Positions 59,986 through 64,000 of a DNA stretch of 64,000 nucleotides are shown here, one piece after another (the stretch's first letter is position 1; each line of letters opens with the position of its first letter). The stretch spans positions 35,590,001 to 35,654,000 of the forward strand of contig CM052818.1 of NCBI GenBank assembly GCA_028534125.1, read 5' to 3'. Below the pieces are notes generated by a model. The model was not told the origin of the DNA. It made no database searches and saw only the letters and a list, made by a program, of their open reading frames with translations. The stretch is from Lama glama. Lineage: Eukaryota. Position numbers and translations under genes: made by a program.

Positions 59986-62754
59986 TGTGGGCTGCATTTA
60001 TTTGCTGAGACATAGTCTTTCATGTAGAACATTCTAGTCTAAAAGCCAATCCAGCTCCTTACCAACTAAGATCTTAGATAAAACATCTTGCTTTCATTTC
60101 TAGTAGGTAAAATGGAGGAAATTTTATTCATTAGTCCATCAGGCTATTCTAACCTTAACTGTGATGAAAGTATTTTGATCTCTTAAAGAAAGATACCAAT
60201 ATCCTGTTTGACTTTTTAATTCAAATGAAACTATTGTTACCTCATTTTAATAATGCAGTTCTTGGCTGAATGACTTAATAATTAGCTCATTCCTGGACAA
60301 CCAGAATCCTTAAGTAGCAGATTATTGTGAGCCCAGAATCTGAAAATGAAAGCCTGTAGGGCCAACCCACAGAGAGAAGGCGGTCTGTCTCCGAAGGCTT
60401 CAAACCCGAGCTTTAGTTCTCATTATGAATGACATTCGCCATCACATGGGAATGCCCGTACTCTTCTAGGGGCACTGCTCTACCCTTGCCATACTGCTAA
60501 CATGTTCTGAGGAGGAGCTGCCAACTCCTACTGCAGGCACAGAGATTGGCCCATGAGATGGGAATGTCATCCAGGCTGAACCAATTGACATCCCTCCCTG
60601 GGGTCCTTCTAACTAGATCTGGAAAACAAAACTCCTCTCAGGACAGGAAGGTAGGAGGTGTCCTGCTGATGCTGGCAACCTCAGTTCCAATCCCATGGAA
60701 AGAAGTTTGAGAGAATGAAACAGACGTTTAGAAAGAGACAGAGTCCTGATGGCTAAGGCTTTCCTTCTAGTCCCCAAGGTCAACCTGAACAGGTTGTTTT
60801 TCAGCCCATCAGCCACCCCAGAATCCTTCCAGTAAATCTCCACCCCTTTGTTTTCTACTTAAGGTAGTGGGAGTTTACTTTCTGTTACTCGCAACTAAAA
60901 GAATATTAGAAAACAATAGTCACTGAGGATCATAAGCCAGGATGAGAAGGCTAGGGTCTGTAGACTAGTGCAGTACTTGAAGTATATTCTGACATTTTAT
61001 AAATTAAAATATATCCAAATATTTGGTGTTTCTCACCTAAAGTCTGGCTTTGTTTTAAACCAATAATAACCAGTTGTAAACAGAAATGAAAAGTTGGGTT
61101 TTATTCATTTTGTTTCAGGGTCAATTTAAGATGCACAATATTGTCTAGCTTTTTACTTTCCATTTGATCCATTGCCTGCGAGGGACACTTCTGATTTCTT
61201 AAATTTCTAATCCAACTTTATTGTTAATGTAATCACGTGCCATGTACTAACTGAGCATCTTCTATGTGCCAGATTCTGTTCTTGGCACTGGGGATATGAC
61301 GGAGCACAGAACCAACAAAAATCCCTGCCCTGCAGAGTTTATATTCTAGATTATCGTTATTTTTCATTGGTGACGTTTTGAAGAAAGGGTCTTTTTTCCT
61401 ATAAGTTTATTTCTGAAGAGGCAAATTTGCATTTTTGACTGCTCTTCAAGATACGTAATTTTACAATTAATATTCTGATTGCTACTACATATGAAGAGCG
61501 TGTAGGTTGTTAAAGTGCTGTATTAATATTGGGGGTGGGGAACTTAACCATTATCATTATACAAAGTTGTTTTTCATGTTGACCTGGAGGAAGTAGTACT
61601 GCTTTAGTGGTTTCTTTACATATGTTTTATGTTTATAATTTAAATATTAATATATTCTTCCACAGCAATTGCTAAGGTTGTGTTCATTTTGAGGGGAAAA
61701 TATCTAGAATCTCAGTTGTTGTTTCAGTTAAGTAACCAGTGTGTCTACCTCTGATACCACCCAGCTACAATTCTGATCAGTTCTAAAGGATGCTGTGACT
61801 TTAGGAAAGTTATTTTTCCATGCACGTAAAATAGGTAGTTGTTACTGATAGTTATAAAATCAGCAGATGCAGCCCAGGAAAGCATTTGTACGAGGGAAGA
61901 GAAAGTCTGCTGTGACTGAGAGAAACTGAGAGGTGCCACATGCCTTGGATATCAGGATGTGAATATTCTCCTGGTTTCAGAGAAAAAGATTCACAAAGTA
62001 AGTACTAAAGAGAGAGAAGGCATCTTCGTGGCGCAAAAAGGAAGTGAAAGAAAACAAAAGAAGCTGTCTCGGATCTGACTAGCAGGGAGAAAATAGAAAA
62101 ACCCCAAGTCAATGGTTGTCAAGTGTTTTTTATCAACAGAACCCTGTATTTCTAGTGAACTCCAACATGGAGCCCTTATATAAGAGTAATGTTTTATTGG
62201 GATAAATGTATAAGTTCAAGCTTTTAACATCACTCCACATAAAAGCAGCTTGCAAAGCAGTTCTGCCTCCTAAGGGAGATGACAGCATTTAGATCAGAAG
62301 ATGATAAATCCCCACACTGTTCCCTCCTGCACACAGATGCTGGTGGTGAGAGCGCCTTACCCAAAAAAGTGATCACGTTCAAGGTAAGTTAAGAGCTTCT
62401 GCCAGGCCCTCTGTGCTGCTGGCAGTGCTGGACAGGGACTCTGTTTACTGAAGCATCCTGGTGAAATTTTAGTATACGTATAAGGGGAAGTACCATGGCT
62501 TTGTGTGGTGAGGCACAGAGCCAAGCTGCTCTTCATAAGAAATGAACAAGATTCCTAGGAGTTGGAGCTGCCTAAAAGAAGAGTAAGAAAGACTTGATGA
62601 GATGGGGCAGGAGGCTGGGATCCAAAGAAGGATAATTAGAAAGATATTAGATACTGACTGTTATTAAATATCAGGTAATATTAGAAAGGTAGCCAAAGAG
62701 AATTTCCCAGTGACAGAAACAATCAAAAGGACTTTTAAGAACATGGATGTCTTT

Positions 62755-62880
62755 TAACGTTATCCCCATTTTACAGATGATAAAACTGAGGCCCAGAGAG
62801 GTTAACTGACTTGCTCAAGGCCAAATAAGAAGCTATTCAAACCCAAGCTTGTCCAACTTTAGAACCTGGGCTGTCAGCCT
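62755..62880 (-). mobile_element. MIR SINE
   Basis: ccccattttacagatgataaaactgaggcccagagaggttaactgacttgctcaagg. Confidence 0.85.
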
Positions 62881-62973
62881 GAATGTCTAAATTTTAAAAT
62901 ATTCTGCTTGACGTTCCCAAGTAATATTGTACCTGTTTTTTGTACCATGGACATAAATAGGCCTGTATTTTTT

Positions 62974-63223
62974 TTAGTATTATTAAATTTTTTTAGTATT
63001 TAGTATTTTTTTTATAGTCAGTTTATAATGTGTCAGATTCTGGTGTACAGCACAATACTTTAGTCAGATAGGAACATACATATATTTGTTTTCATTCTTT
63101 TTCACCATAGGTTACTACAAGATATTGAATATAGTTCCCTGTGCTATACAGTATAGGCTTGTTCATCTATCTTATGTATATTAGTATCTGCAAATCTAGA
63201 ACTCCCAAGTTATCCCTTCCCAC
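62974..63223 (-). mobile_element. Young lineage-specific L1 3' end with 15 bp TSD
   Basis: TSD aggcctgtatttttt at 62959-62973 and 63224-63238; same family as 34238-34475. Confidence 0.85.
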
Positions 63224-64000
63224 AGGCCTGTATTTTTTAAAGACCACAAAGGTACAATTTTCCTCATTGATGACACAGGTTCAAATCCTGTGTATGTGCT
63301 TGGGAATAAAAGAAACTTCTTTCTGAGGTGTGCTCACGCCAAGAGGGAGTTAACATGACAACTTAACAGTGAATTAAAATATGGAATATAATACTTTCAG
63401 GTATATTTATTGACAGGTTTTTTAAAGTGTGATTTTGAACTCTTGCAGAACCTCTGATGCCTCTAGAACAACTTGAGAGTCATGTCTCAAGGGACATCCA
63501 CCCTTGGGATCTAAGAAATAACTGATGGGCGGGGATGGACAGATCTCTTTACAGCACGTGTCAGCCTGAGGGTTTTGTTTCTGGGTGATTTTCACATCCC
63601 TAACTTACTCTTTTGTCATAGTTAGAACCAAAGACGCTATTAAAGGGCCGTTTCCCTCCCTCCTTCCCTCCACCCCAGAGCTTCATGTGGCATTTTGTGT
63701 TAGAACTGCAGCTCTGCAGGAGGAAAAGTTGCTTCATATCCACCAAACTGTGCAGAGTGATGGTCTGGGAAGTGGGTTTTAGGGGATAGGATTAGAATGG
63801 TTTGACTGCTGCCCTAATGTTTGTCGTATTATTTGAGTTTCCCCAATGAATGCCAACTACTTTAATCATCTAAAATGTTATATGAAACCGAAAACTAAAT
63901 ATAGCACCAGATTAGAAAGAGAGAGAGAGAGGGAGACTCACTCTGAAGCTCTTTGTAGGGACCTCTCAGTATAGGCGCACTGGGCTATAATTAAATCTTA

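Overview
Mammalian genomic DNA, almost certainly camelid, judged from multiple tRNA-Ala-derived Vic-1-type SINEs. It comes from a scaffolded assembly with three gaps of exactly 500 N. The only well-supported protein-coding gene is DNAJC27 (RBJ/RabJ, a Rab-like GTPase fused to a C-terminal J-domain) on the + strand. Coding exons 2-7 (36510-36592, 40182-40251, 47987-48151, 48779-48901, 53585-53745, 56116-56248) all have GT-AG boundaries and splice into one frame. A ~3.7 kb 3'UTR follows. Exon 1 and the promoter are not in the called sequence and most likely lie in the gap at 27659-28158. The rest is intronic or intergenic DNA dense in L1, L2, CR1/L3, MIR, MLT LTRs, DNA transposons and SINEs. Repeat family names are assigned by eye and their boundaries are approximate. 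I found no convincing novel biological system. The best leads are a candidate poison micro-exon in DNAJC27 intron 2, a chain of minus-strand exon-like segments upstream (divergent antisense lncRNA or decayed gene), and a ~400 bp A-tailed non-L1 insert splitting an old L1 ORF1.
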